Source: Octopus sinensis
Taxonomy: Eukaryota
NCBI RefSeq assembly: GCF_006345805.1
Contig: NC_042997.1
Location: forward strand, 20,646,001 to 20,710,000
DNA length: 64,000 bases
Direction of reading: 5' to 3'
In this document: piece after piece, positions 1 through 11,323 of the stretch
Position numbering within the stretch: the first letter of the stretch is position 1
How the letters are laid out: every line of letters starts with the position of its first letter
Made by a program: the position numbers and the translations under genes
Notes under the pieces: model-generated
What the model saw: only the letters and a program-made list of their open reading frames with translations
Told to the model about the DNA's origin: nothing
Database searches by the model: none

Positions 1-187
1 CACACCAATAAAAGATTCATGCTTTGCTGTTAATTATTCCATTGTTACGTAATGAAATTTCCTTTACAATGAATTAAAATCTATGACATTTTATGCATGT
101 ATCAATAATGTGTTGTAAAAAGGGAGTGATAAAGTAAATTACTTTAAGAGACAGGATAGATAGATAGTTAGATAGATAGATAGATTT

Positions 188-226
<39 letters not shown>

Positions 227-1049
227 TAGATTGATAGATAGATAAATATTTAAAGAGAGAGTGAGAGAGAAAAGGAGATGGAGAGATGTACAAAGTCTAA
301 CTTTAAATCCTCTAAAAGATCTCACTTTCTAATTTATGAGTTTATTTATAAAGTACCAGTTCCTAATAACTGTATTTTTGGTAATCTTAATGACTTTTGT
401 TTCTGTATTGGTCTGTAATATTCCATTTTCAATTGGTGGAATACTTCAGAATATTTGCATAATATCTAATGAATTGTTACAGGAAGACATATGTCTCTTT
501 TTCTTTTACAACAGGATACTTTATTTGGATCTATTGAAATGTTAAGAGAGTATAGCACTTATTTCATTTAGACTAATAGAAATAGTTTACAGAGGAGTCT
601 TGAATAGAACCATGACAAAATGCTTATTGAATGGTTTAAACTTGAAGCCATAAAATATGTATTTCAGTATTCTGTATACTTGATATAATCTCTTTCAAAT
701 TGTTGAATAAATACAATTTCCTTGTAGTTCGAAAGTTCACTTCACAAAAATTTCTGGGTTCAATCCCACTTGGAAAAGTGTTTTCTCCTGTAGCTTCATA
801 AGTGGAATTGTGCAGAAGGCTGTCATACATAGATGATGACTGTCAACTTGTTAGATGAGCATGACCATCGTTGGCAGAAGAACAGAAGCTGATAAGTGTT
901 CAGTGACAGCAATGCTGTTATGTCGCAATACTACACAGTGGCTGTGTGAGTTACGAAATCCTTGTCACCACTGTTATGTCGCACGTTTGGATGCCTCTAC
1001 TTGACTCAACTCTACTCTACTCTGCTCTCACCACTACTCTCTGCTCTCA

Positions 1050-1370
1050 CCACTACTCTGCTCTGACGACGTCTAGACTTCTCCCTATATGTCTACGTAT
1101 TGGGCTAACCTACTTCATCGTCTGGGGGTATCCACACAACAAATACCCATACAAGAGCTTTAAGCTAAGTGTGGCTTGCACAACATCACAATGACTCTCA
1201 CTAGTAATACTAAGCAGCCCAGAGACAAGCAAATTGCAAAATATCTGGCTCAGTAGGGCAGTGGGTTTTATATTCAAGTTAGCCTTCTCTTTGAGGGATG
1301 CCTTATCAAAGACCAGGGCTTCCTCATTCCCAGGGACACCAACCCAAGTATTTCTATGTCCCAGTGCATA
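1050..1370 (-). mobile_element. Decayed non-LTR retrotransposon fragment (RNase H C-terminus plus Cys-rich end)
   Basis: GHRNTWVGVPGNEEA resembles the RNase H WVPGHxGxxGNExAD motif; downstream CGYPQT. Confidence 0.45.
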
Positions 1371-1387
1371 CATAAATGCACACATAT

Positions 1388-1430
<43 letters not shown>

Positions 1431-1433
1431 CAT

Positions 1434-1491
<58 letters not shown>

Positions 1492-1883
1492 GTTCTTGCA
1501 CAACTAGACTCAACACTACTAAGCATGTTACGATATTTCATCTTTCATAATCAAATTATGAATATCTGAATGAGTTATGTGACACGGACTCCATATAGTC
1601 TTTTGTAACAACATAATATTCTTCTGATATTTTCTCTCTGATGTATTCTTCTTTTTGCACTGAGGAGAATGGTAATATGTAATTCTAATTAATTTAATAT
1701 TTTCCATGTTTCTTACATGTTGGTGTTACATGGATGCATGGATTAAAATTTTATAAAACTTCTAACACCTTCTCTTCTCCAGCTTTAATTGCTTGTTGAG
1801 TTTCTATAGGATACATGTTCTATAAATGCTCATAACACACCTTATACTTGTAACATTTTCATATTTAAAATAAAAATACTTAC

Positions 1884-1942
1884 AATAGTAAGCTACCAAT
1901 TTAATATGAAGAATCTTAATTAGAAATCTGACTTTGGACTCC
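1884..1942 (-). CDS. Host gene exon candidate (phase 2 to 1): ESKVRFLIKILHIKLVAYY
   Basis: Acceptor ccttttacttttggtAG, donor att|GTAAGTA; only one frame is open and it matches the phase of the 3645-3752 exon. Confidence 0.6.
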
Positions 1943-1983
1943 CTACCAAAAGTAAAAGGATGCAATTGAACTCAACCTTTCTC

Positions 1984-2046
<63 letters not shown>

Positions 2047-2141
2047 ATTATATCATCAATCATCACATTTCAATATATATTCACCATGAATACACGTTGT
2101 GCTGAAATCGAGGAAGGCAAGCTAACAGAATTATTTTTAAT

Positions 2142-2212
2142 TCGTTATCTCTATATTGAATCAATTTTGGGATTAATCCCACGGATTTTTCCCCTCTTCA
2201 GTAGAGTATACG
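2142..2212 (-). ncRNA. Hammerhead paralog with G12 to A core mutation (probably inactive)
   Basis: Same sequence as 2644-2712 but ...TCCC-AAAA instead of TCCC-GAAA (CpG transition). Confidence 0.7.
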
Positions 2213-2643
2213 ATATTAAATAAAGGAAATACTTACAAGCACCAATGGAAAAAAGCAGAAGCAAGAGACATGAGTACACATAAGTACCCCAATTATGTCT
2301 AAATGCAAAATCCTTTAGCAAGCCTCAGCACACGTGTGACTGGTCACAAACCTCAACTTTTAGTGGTTACCAGTCCCGAAGTGAATGGTAATAAATTTAA
2401 TTCTAATATAGGATAAAATTTTTTTCTAAAAAAAAATTCGTCCAATTGGCAGCATATTAAAATACCTTTAAAGGTGAAAATTATAAACAATTATAAAACA
2501 AGGGCAAAAGAAAAAAGATTTCCATGCCAATATGCTGAGAATAGACTTTAAATCGTCAATCACCACTTTTCAATATACATTCACCATGAATACACGTTGT
2601 GCTGAAATCGAGGAAGGCAAGCTAACAGAATTGTTTTTTAATT

Positions 2644-2712
2644 CGTTATCTCTATATTGAATCAATTTCGGGATTAATCCCACGGATTTTTCCCTCTTCA
2701 GCAGAGATTACG
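2644..2712 (-). ncRNA. Type I hammerhead ribozyme, canonical core, apparently intact
   Basis: Minus strand: cgt-a-ATCTCTG | CTGAAGA | GGGA-aa-AATCC-gtg-GGATT-aa-TCCC | GAAA | TTGA-T-TCAA | TA | TAGAGAT-a-acg. Stems I, II and III all pair; the predicted cut is after AUA (between 2655 and 2654). Confidence 0.85.
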
Positions 2713-3644
2713 ATAAGAAATAAATGAAATAAACAAGCTCCCATGGAAAAAAGCAGAAGCAAGAGTCATGAGTACACATTCTGTTAGCTTGCCTTCCTCG
2801 ATTGGCATGTAAAGTCTGTGGTTGGCCTAGGGCTATAGCAGAAAACACTTGCCCAAGGTATCATGCAGAGGTACTGAACGTGAACCACTTAGTTGGGAAG
2901 TAAACTTCTCAACCACACAGTCATTCTTGCACCTAATATGTGTGTGTAAATTCGTTGTTGAATCAAGTATTGTGTCCCACAATCTCAAAGTTAGCAGTTC
3001 ATTAAGCAGAGATCTATAAAATAAATGTCTGATTGAAATATGTACTGAGGTCAGAATGGTCAATTAAATTTTTGAAGGTGATACCCCATCATGTCAAAAG
3101 ACTAAACCCAGTAAAATAATACTTAAAGACTTCATGGCTTCAAGATAATGAATTCAAAACTTTGTATTGAACTTCCACTTGATATGGTAATACAATCTGT
3201 ACATCTTGGTCTACTTGACTTTCAAAAATTAACAATTGTAATTTGAAGTTGAATGGTTAGCAGTAAGAAAGGCATCCAGATTTCTTAAGAAATTATTGAT
3301 CAGGCAGAGTTACCTTCTTTAGCTAAAGACCTCAAAATTATGTGACCTGACCTCATTTTCGATATTATTTTTGTAGTAAAAAAGAGTTGTGCAAACAATC
3401 ATACTTTATTTGATAGCTGAAATTTTTACTGAACCTTTTGATGCCTCATACACCAAAATTGGCAATTCAGTTTTCAAAGCCATAAGGAACGTATGTACAC
3501 ACACACACACACATGCACCATCTCTGTTTTATATATTAAGATTAAAGTGGTGATAAACAATACTTTTTGGTTCGTATACTACTTCTATCTTGAACAGGGA
3601 TTTTCTAACTTGTTTCTTAGTTACAAAAGTAGTAATTGCATCAC

Positions 3645-3752
3645 TGTGCTTTGTATATATTACAAGTGACATTAAGCTGTTGCCATGCTTGGAACTCCAC
3701 CAGTGAAGAGATCCAGTACAGATAAAAACCATGTTGTCTGGTGGTCTTAGAG
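3645..3752 (-). CDS. Host gene exon candidate (phase 2 to 2): SKTTRQHGFYLYWISSLVEFQAWQQLNVTCNIYKA
   Basis: Acceptor ctcctaccaccctAG, donor ca|GTGATG (an alternative donor exists at 3663); open frame phase-compatible with both neighbours. Confidence 0.5.
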
Positions 3753-4170
3753 CTAGGGTGGTAGGAGTTATCTCTCATTGCAATAAATATTGAGTGCAAG
3801 AAGTGCACTGAATTAACCAGCTGGAGATGTCTTCCTAAGGTTAAAATAGCAGTATTGATGTCTCTTAGAGGAAAGCCACATTAAAGTGGTCATAAACAAA
3901 TACTTATATATATATGTATAAATATATATATATATTATTCTTTTACCTGTTTCAGTCATTTGACTGCAGCCATGCTGGAGCACTACCTTAAAGGGTTTTA
4001 GTTGAAGAAATCGACCCCAGGGCTCATTCTTTGTAAGCCTAGTACTTATTCTATTAGTCTCTTATCGCTGAACTGCTAAGTTACAGGGACATAAACACAC
4101 CAGCATCGGTTGTCAAGCAATGGTGGGAGGACAAACAGACACACATAAATATATGCACACACATATATGT

Positions 4171-4216
<46 letters not shown>

Positions 4217-4240
4217 AGTGTAGATCGTATATGAGTGGGT

Positions 4241-4651
4241 ATATATTTATAAAAAAGAAGTTTCAAAACGCCACTATATAAGATAAATTTTAATTTTCTT
4301 TGAAATTTTACACGTTTCAGTTCTTCTTGAAAAAACGAACCTTATCAAAAATATTTTAAAAAGTTAAGTGTAATTAAAAAGTTCATAATTGTTTCTTACT
4401 GGTCTGAACAATTATGAACTTTTTTATTACACTCAAGTTGAAAGTTACAGCTATTATACTCACTACCGACAAAACACCACCACATGGATTCTGTTGAGAC
4501 CAGTAAGAAACAATTATGAACTTTTTTATTACACTTAACTTTTTTAAATATTTTTGATAAGGTTCGTTTATTTCAAGAAGAACCAAAACATGTAAAATTT
4601 CTAAGGAAATTAAAATTTATCTTATATAGTGGCGTTTTCAAACTTCTTTTT

Positions 4652-4662
<11 letters not shown>
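4241..4662. mobile_element. Fold-back element (~165-bp inverted arms, ~90-bp spacer) in a (TA)n tract; each arm carries a U3-A8 hammerhead-like motif
   Basis: Arms 4241-4405 and 4497-4662 are reverse complements; motif TTGATAA-GGTTC-loop-GAAC(C/T)-(G/A)AAA-C(GT/AT)G-TA in both. Confidence 0.75.
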
Positions 4663-4688
<26 letters not shown>

Positions 4689-5382
4689 GACGAGCCTCTT
4701 TCAATTTCCATCTAACAAATTCACTCACAAGGCATTGGTCAGTCTGAGGCTCTGAGGCTATTGTAGAAGACACGTGACCAAGGTGTCACATTGTGGAACT
4801 GAAACCAGGACCATGTGGTTGGGAAGCAAGCTTCTTACCAGACAGCCATGCCTAGACCTATATACACATATTTACATAAGGTTAGAAAATGTAATACTTT
4901 CACTCTCAAGAATACTACTTGAATTACTTAATGTGAAGATTAAATGAATAAATAATCAATAAAACTAATACATAGATACTACTATTGTAAAATGAAAAAG
5001 ATAAATGCTTTCAAAATTAATGCAAAAAAATGTAATTATTATAATGAACCATCACTGTATACATTTCTATTGAAAGAACATATCTAACACTGAAAGTGCT
5101 TAAATTGGTATTTAATAGTTGAAGGTTTTATATTTGTGATTGTACATTTTGTTGTCTTCTGTATTGGCTAAATTTTTCATGAATATATTGTTTTTGTTGG
5201 TTTTTTAGTTCTAGAATGAACGGATTTATTATCAAAGTGTCCACTTTTTCATCTGCTGAACATTGCTTATCTAGGACAGCATTATCTAATGTGCTCATCA
5301 CTTTTCAGAATCTTAGGGTGTAATAGTAGGTAAAACGACCATGTTGAAGCCTTCTTTTGATTTGTTTACAGTGAGGGCATAG

Positions 5383-5775
5383 AAGTGGCTGTGTGGTAAG
5401 TAGCTTGCATACAAACCACATGGTTCCAGGTTCAGTCCCACTGCATGGTGCTTTGGGCAAGTGTCTTCTACTATAGCCTCGGGCCGACCAAAGCCTTGTG
5501 AGTGGATTTGGTAGACGGAAACTGAAAGAAGACCATCGTATGTATATGTATGTGTGTGTGTGTTTGTGTGTCTGTGTTTGTCCCCCAACATCGCTTGACA
5601 ACCGATGCTGGTGTGTTTACGTCCCCGTAACTTAGCGGTTCAGCAAAAGAGACCAATAGAATAAGTACTAGGCTTACAAAGAATAAGTCCTGGGGTCGAT
5701 TTGCTCGACTAAAGGTGGTGCTCAAGCATGGCCACACTCAAATGACTGAAACAAGTAAAAGAGTAAAGAGTAAAG
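5383..5775 (+). mobile_element. tRNA-derived SINE family A (internal TA/TG microsatellite, tail ..cagcatggcc.cagtcaaatgactgaaacaagtaaaagag); copies at ~3940-4855(-), 21225-21600(-), 22480-23015(+), 26262-26690(+), 38195-38595(+), 43655-44330(-), 47400-48830(-)
   Basis: A-box-like gtggctgtgtggtaag and B-box-like ggttcagtccc; near-identical body in all copies; resembles described octopus SINEs (recollection). Confidence 0.9.
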
Positions 5776-6385
5776 CGGTACATCTGACAGGAATCAAGTG
5801 CAATTCTTATAAGAGAAGAGAAACTACCAACACTTCAGTCAACCATCCACTGCCCTATCAAATTAGTTACTTTCTATCCAGGCAATAAAATAAATACCAG
5901 TTGACCACTGAGGTTGGTGTAAGTGACTTTCTCCCTCCCCCAAAATTGCTGGCCTTGTGTCAAAATTTGAAACCACTATATTTACTTAGGTCTAAATTGA
6001 GCAAGATTTAACTTTGTGCTTCCATATCTTTAACTTCAGCCCTTGTCATGGTACACTTTTACTCTTTGTCAATTACTTGTTGAATAACGACTGCAAAAAT
6101 ATGAAGTCCAAGCAATAAGATTAGAGTACAAGACAAATGCTTAAGGTCATGATTGCTTTCCAGTAATTTAGAATCTTATTTACTTTAGAACTCTGTAAGA
6201 TTTTGCTGAAGCCTGGTTTCATTGCTTATACTCACTTTGTCCTTTTATTGGTGTCAATCATTGAAATGTAATCAGGATGTGGTACTTCCTTCAAGTAACA
6301 TATATTAATCCCAAATTGAAAATAAATATAAAAACAAAACAACAAATTGCAGTTCTATATTTAAGAGATGAGGAATTATGTATAT

Positions 6386-6544
6386 TAGTTACATTATTTA
6401 CAACTGACGGATATTTGTCCTCATCTTGTTTGTTGTTAACACAATGTTTTGGCTGGTATACCCTCCAGCCCATGGACATATGGTTTAGTGGTTAAGAGAA
6501 TGGGCTACAAACTCCAAGATTCTGAGTTCGATTCCAGGCAGTGA

Positions 6545-6584
<40 letters not shown>

Positions 6585-6951
6585 TATAATAATAATAATT
6601 ATAATAATAACATCGAAAAATACCTTAGGAATGAGAAGCCAGTTTCGAAATTACCATGCAGTGGGACTGAACCTGGAACCATGCGGTTTGTATGCAAGCT
6701 ACTTACCACACAGCCACTTCTATGCCCTCACTGTAAACAAATCAAAAGAAGGCTTCAACATGGTCATTCGAAGGCTGGAGGGTGTATCAGCTGAAACATT
6801 GTGTTAACAACAAAAAAGATGAGGACAAATATCTGTCAATTGTAAATAATGTAAATAGTAAAACAACAAAAGTCAGTAGGATGTACACAGAGAATTTAAT
6901 GGGATGGAAAAAAGATGGGGTATGTAACATTTTAAGCATGGCTCTTCATCA
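6386..6951. mobile_element. Inverted pair of Penelope-like repeat fragments (6386-6470, 6773-6858) plus a decayed hammerhead-like core at 6925-6951 (-)
   Basis: The arms are reverse complements containing GGCTG..CAGC(C/T)-(G/A)AAAC; minus-strand CTGATGA-AGAGC-cat-GCTT-AAAATG is consistent with CpG decay of GCTC-GAAACG. Confidence 0.5.
6474..6650 (+). mobile_element. Short tRNA-headed SINE with internal (AAT)n
   Basis: tggtttagtggttaagag...gagttcgattccagg, then (AAT)n and catcgaaaaataccttaggaatgag. Confidence 0.6.
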
Positions 6952-7293
6952 GAAAGAGGAAAGGCGAAAAGTCTGGAGAGAAGAAAAATATAGTCCAAGA
7001 AAAGCACAAGATTGACCCCAGTTACTTACTTAAGCCCTTCACACCTTATGAAGCATAAGCAATTCACTGTTCCTGACTCTGGATTTTCTTTTCTGTCTCA
7101 CTCAGGTCTCAGTTTTGAATTGTTATCAATGCTTCTATGATTTTACCCTTTTACTAGGTTGGGGCGTTGGCCCTACACAGACTCATTTTTAATCTCTGAG
7201 AAGATATTGCTCTGGCCGCTATCCTTTGATCTGGTCAGCATGAGAGGCACTGGCAGGAGTTTGTGCTTTGCTGGCATAACTATCAGGCTGACT

Positions 7294-7684
7294 AAGTGGA
7301 GGTGCAATGGCCCAGTGGTTAGGGCAGCGGACTCGCGGTCATAGGATCGCGGTTTCGATTCCCAGAACAGGCGTTATGAGTGTTTATTGAGCGAAAACAT
7401 CTAAAAGCTCCATGAGGCTCCGGCAGGGGATGGTGGTGATCCCTGCTGTACTCTTTCACCACAACTTTCTCTCACTCTTACTTCCTGTTTCTGTTGTACC
7501 TGTATTTCAAGGGGCCGGCCTTGTCACTCTCTGTGTCACGCTGAATATCCCCGAGAACTACGTTAAGGGTACACGTGTCTGTGGAGTGCTCAGCCACTTA
7601 CATGTTAATTTCACGAGCAGGCTGATCCGTTGATTTGGATCAAGCGGAACCCTCATCGTCGTAACCAACGGAGTGCTTCCATCC
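7294..7684 (+). mobile_element. tRNA-derived SINE family B with 12-bp TSD (atcaggctgact)
   Basis: Head tggcccagtggttagggcagcggact...ggtttcgattccc; TSD at 7282-7293 and 7685-7696; partial copies at ~24240-24437(-) and 36085-36245(-). Confidence 0.92.
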
Positions 7685-8378
7685 ATCAGGCTGACTGGGG
7701 CATACAGGTCATCACATCACAAAACGGACTAGGCCTTATAGTAGATATTGATCCCAGTACTTTGTACATATTTTATTGCTCTTATGAAAGACAATGGGTA
7801 AAATTAACTGAGATAAAAGAAAGAACTAGAACACAGCATTGTTCATGAACACAGTAACTTTAACATCCAACACCACTACACACATATGCACACACACTCA
7901 CACCCTCGCTGACATACACACATATAAGCACACACATACACAGAAAACTAATTAGGTCATACCAGAAACTGTGACACTGAGAAAGAGTTAATTCAGTATT
8001 TGTGAAGTAAAGCTTTATTGTGGAAGCAGAAAAGTTCAATATCTTACAATGAACATCAATTTCATCCAAGGCCAGGAATTCATACATACAATGAGATTCT
8101 GTACAGTTTCCATTTACCAAATTTCACACATTGGTCAGCTTGAGTGTAGAAGATTTCATGTAACTAGGGTGACATTCAATAGAATTGAACTTGGAATCAT
8201 GCATTTTGATTTAAGCTTTTTAACCACATGACCATGCCTGTGAACTAACTATTTGTATTAAGAAATACTTTGGTCATAACCAGTAATTCACAGAAATTTG
8301 CTGACTTTTCCACTGTATTCAAATGCCATAAAAGGAATGAAGCAGAGAAACATAACTTGCTGTAAACACTATACTTAC

Positions 8379-8432
8379 TCCCATTGGTTTACTCTCAGAG
8401 AATCTTTATCGACTGGCAACAGACCTATCCTT
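8379..8432 (-). CDS. Host gene exon (phase 2 to 2): RIGLLPVDKDSLRVNQW
   Basis: Strong acceptor ttactttttcAG, strong donor ga|GTAAGTA; 54 nt; single open frame. Confidence 0.7.
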
Positions 8433-8983
8433 CTGAAAAAGTAATATAAACAAAAGCAGAAATTTATAAAAACAATCTTATCAGATTCTCCTTTAAACCT
8501 TTTCCAATAAACAGTAAAGAGGATATTAATTTAAAAAATATAGTCACATAATACCAATTTAAAGTAATATTCTAGGTTCTCTTTACATGTTAGCTAGCCT
8601 CTTGATTCAAAGCAAAAAAATATTTAAAAAGTATTATCACAAGAGATTTACAACAATGATTTCTTTCCTTTCCCAAATTCTTCAGAAAACTATATAAAAA
8701 TTGATGAGAAATAAAGGAATAGAATGGAAAACAAAACGAAAAAAAAAATGTAAAAAAATTACTTCTAAGATCTTGAAAATTGAAATAGGAAGAATGAAGA
8801 GATGAAAAAAAATACCAATTTGCATCAAAGCAATGTTTTCAATAAACCTTTATCAAAATCGAATTTTTAAAGTTCTAATATTTTGAAGTTTCTTTTTTAT
8901 GCTTTTATATTTGGATAGCCAAAAATATTATCTTTGAAACTTGTTACCATTTCATCCTTACACTAAATGTTAAATATTGTCAC

Positions 8984-9024
8984 ATAGTAATGGGTTGGCC
9001 ACAGCACAATAAAGTATGTTCACA
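8984..9024 (-). CDS. Host gene exon candidate, frame ambiguous (CEHTLLCCGQPIT or VNILYCAVANPLL)
   Basis: Strong acceptor tttttctttcAG, weak donor GTGACA. The phase-0 reading bridges the 9541 and 8432 exons; the other reading better resembles recalled CFAP46. Confidence 0.35.
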
Positions 9025-9540
9025 CTGAAAGAAAAATTTCTAAAATACTTAACATATAAAGATCACAGTTCAAGACTCGATTTTCTCTCCAATACTGGAG
9101 CGCTGAAATACCATATTTAGATAAATTTTGGTTGGTAAAAGTAGAAGCTCCATAGCTGGTTCATTCTTGTACTGGTTCATTTACACTGAACCAATGATAG
9201 AGCCTCTATGTAGCCACCTGACATATTAGAAATACCAACTAAATCATCTTCAAAACAAAACTATACCATCTCAAAATCAAGGACACACTGAACAATGTAT
9301 TCCTTCATATACAAACAGAGAGTGGCTGAGGCTCCAATGACGATTTTGATCAATTTTTTTCCCCTATGTCAAAGAGGACTTAAGTTAAACCAGAACAACA
9401 ACAACGGTAGTTATATAATAAGATTTAATGGAAAGTAGTTGCCCCAAGTCCTGATAATTATTATATAAGCCAAAAAATTCATCAAAAAAAATATTGAATG
9501 TGATCCCAGAATAAACTGAAGAATGGTATATTCAGTTCAC

Positions 9541-9605
9541 CTGTAATGTGGGTTGCTCTAAGCAATTGACTGATTTCTTCCATATCTTGCTCAGCTTCTG
9601 CACAG
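9541..9605 (-). CDS. Host gene exon (phase 1 to 0): (A)VQKLSKIWKKSVNCLEQPTLQ
   Basis: Acceptor tctgttAG, donor cag|GTGAAC; joins in frame to exon 11227-11323. A second frame (CAEAEQDMEEISQLLRATHIT) is also open. Confidence 0.65.
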
Positions 9606-11146
9606 CTAACAGACTTCATTCAACATCAATTTCAACAAAGTAACGATAAATGAAAATGTTACATAACTTTTACTTTTACAATTATTATCTGAGTTGTATA
9701 TTTCTATCCTTACTTTTGAAATTTTCCTCCTGCTTTCCCAATTAGATCAGCTAGTATAACTATACTTCCATATATATAAATGTTGAACTGTGGAGCACTA
9801 AAATAAGAAATCTACATATCTAACGAAGAATTCGCGATTCATGTAGATATGGTTACATGGCTAATAATCTTCTTTCACAACCAAATGTTTCTGTACTTCA
9901 GTCAACAGTGTAGAAGTCCTTCATGTGTGTGTGTGTGTGTATTTATATATATGGCAAACGAAAGATAGAAGATGGAATATACGAGGATTTATTATTAATC
10001 ACGACAATTGTTTCCGACACATCTAGCATAGATTTCTTATGTAAACCATTCATTTTATTATATAAATGTATTGGTTGTAGTGGTACTTACTTTGATGAAT
10101 ACAATTTCTGCATTGTTGAAATATATTGTGATGAATTTCATGTTTCAAAACCTTACTTACTTTTTACACAGCCTGATATTTCCACAAGGCCAGACATGTT
10201 TTCAAGAAGGACTGGAAATGTATGATAGTAATACTCAGTTAAATCTATCAACACAAGGAGACATAAATACGCACACACACACACACACAACACACACACA
10301 CACACACACACACATACAGTCGACACTTACCAAACCCACTCACAGCCTGGAGCAATAGTAAAAGAGATTTTTGGTCCAAGCTAACTTACAGTGAGATTGA
10401 ACTCAAAACCTGCGGTTGAGAAGCAAACTTCTTAACTGCGCAGATATGCTTGCATTTAGTTATTGTTCTTTTATAATCCACACTTGTTGTTACTTTGGTA
10501 TAATGTGTATATAATGTGTATATATCATGTACTACAATCAATTTGGTATTGTGAAAGAGTGAAATCTGTACAACACTACTAATACACTTAATATATTGAA
10601 GTCAACCAAATTTTAAGCTGCACTTTAATGCTGAAAATGAAAGTGAAAATATGTGTGAAGAATATATTTTGATAAATAAATGTATCCTTATCGTGAGCAC
10701 ACTAGTTTGTTCATATTTCCTTGTATAAGGCTTAAATTGCAGCTCTTTTCTTTACTGTTGGAACATATTACATTTATCACTAAGGAACATAAGCCTAACA
10801 TTTTGGGATATCTTTACTGCTATAGCATTAGACAGAATATGCGAGGAAACTGTGTGATTAGATTCATATGACATTTATCATAGTCAAATGCTGTAAAGGA
10901 AAGAAAATCCTGTATACATGTACATCCACTCATGCCAATAAATGCACACGTATACATAAATATATGCATGTATCTACACGCACTTGTTACATAGGATATA
11001 TATGTCTCTTCCTTCACTTCTCTCTGTGCATATACTTACGCACACACACATGCATATATATACATGATATGCATGTATGTGTATGAATGTATTTGTGTGT
11101 GTATATATATATATATATATATTATATTTTATATATGATATATATA

Positions 11147-11182
<36 letters not shown>

Positions 11183-11226
11183 TGTATGTATGTATAATAT
11201 CAGAAGATTCACTGATGGAAAATTAC

Positions 11227-11323
11227 CATTTTTGAGTGAATTCAATTTTGCCAACTGACACCATACATTTATAACTGCCAGTGTCTTTGACATTCTATCA
11301 TCTATCTTAGGGAAACTTTTAAC
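11227..11323 (-). CDS. Host gene exon (phase 0 to 1): VKSFPKIDDRMSKTLAVINVWCQLAKLNSLKN
   Basis: Acceptor cttgtaatAG, donor aatg|GTAATT; 97 nt; the other two frames contain stops. Confidence 0.7.

Larger units (their letters stand above)
2056..2803 (-). mobile_element. Penelope-like / retrozyme-like non-autonomous element: two ~225-bp HHR-bearing direct repeats ~500 bp apart plus a short inverted terminal segment
   Basis: Direct repeats 2056-2281 and 2556-2779; 2779-2803 is the reverse complement of an internal repeat segment (aatcgaggaaggcaagctaacagaa); no ORF in the spacer. Confidence 0.7.

Noticed and set aside
5735-5765. SINE-A tail (agtc-aaat-gact-GAAAC-aa-GTA) as a hammerhead 3' half
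   Set aside because: No CUGANGA upstream in any copy; better explained as the LINE-derived 3' recognition stem-loop.
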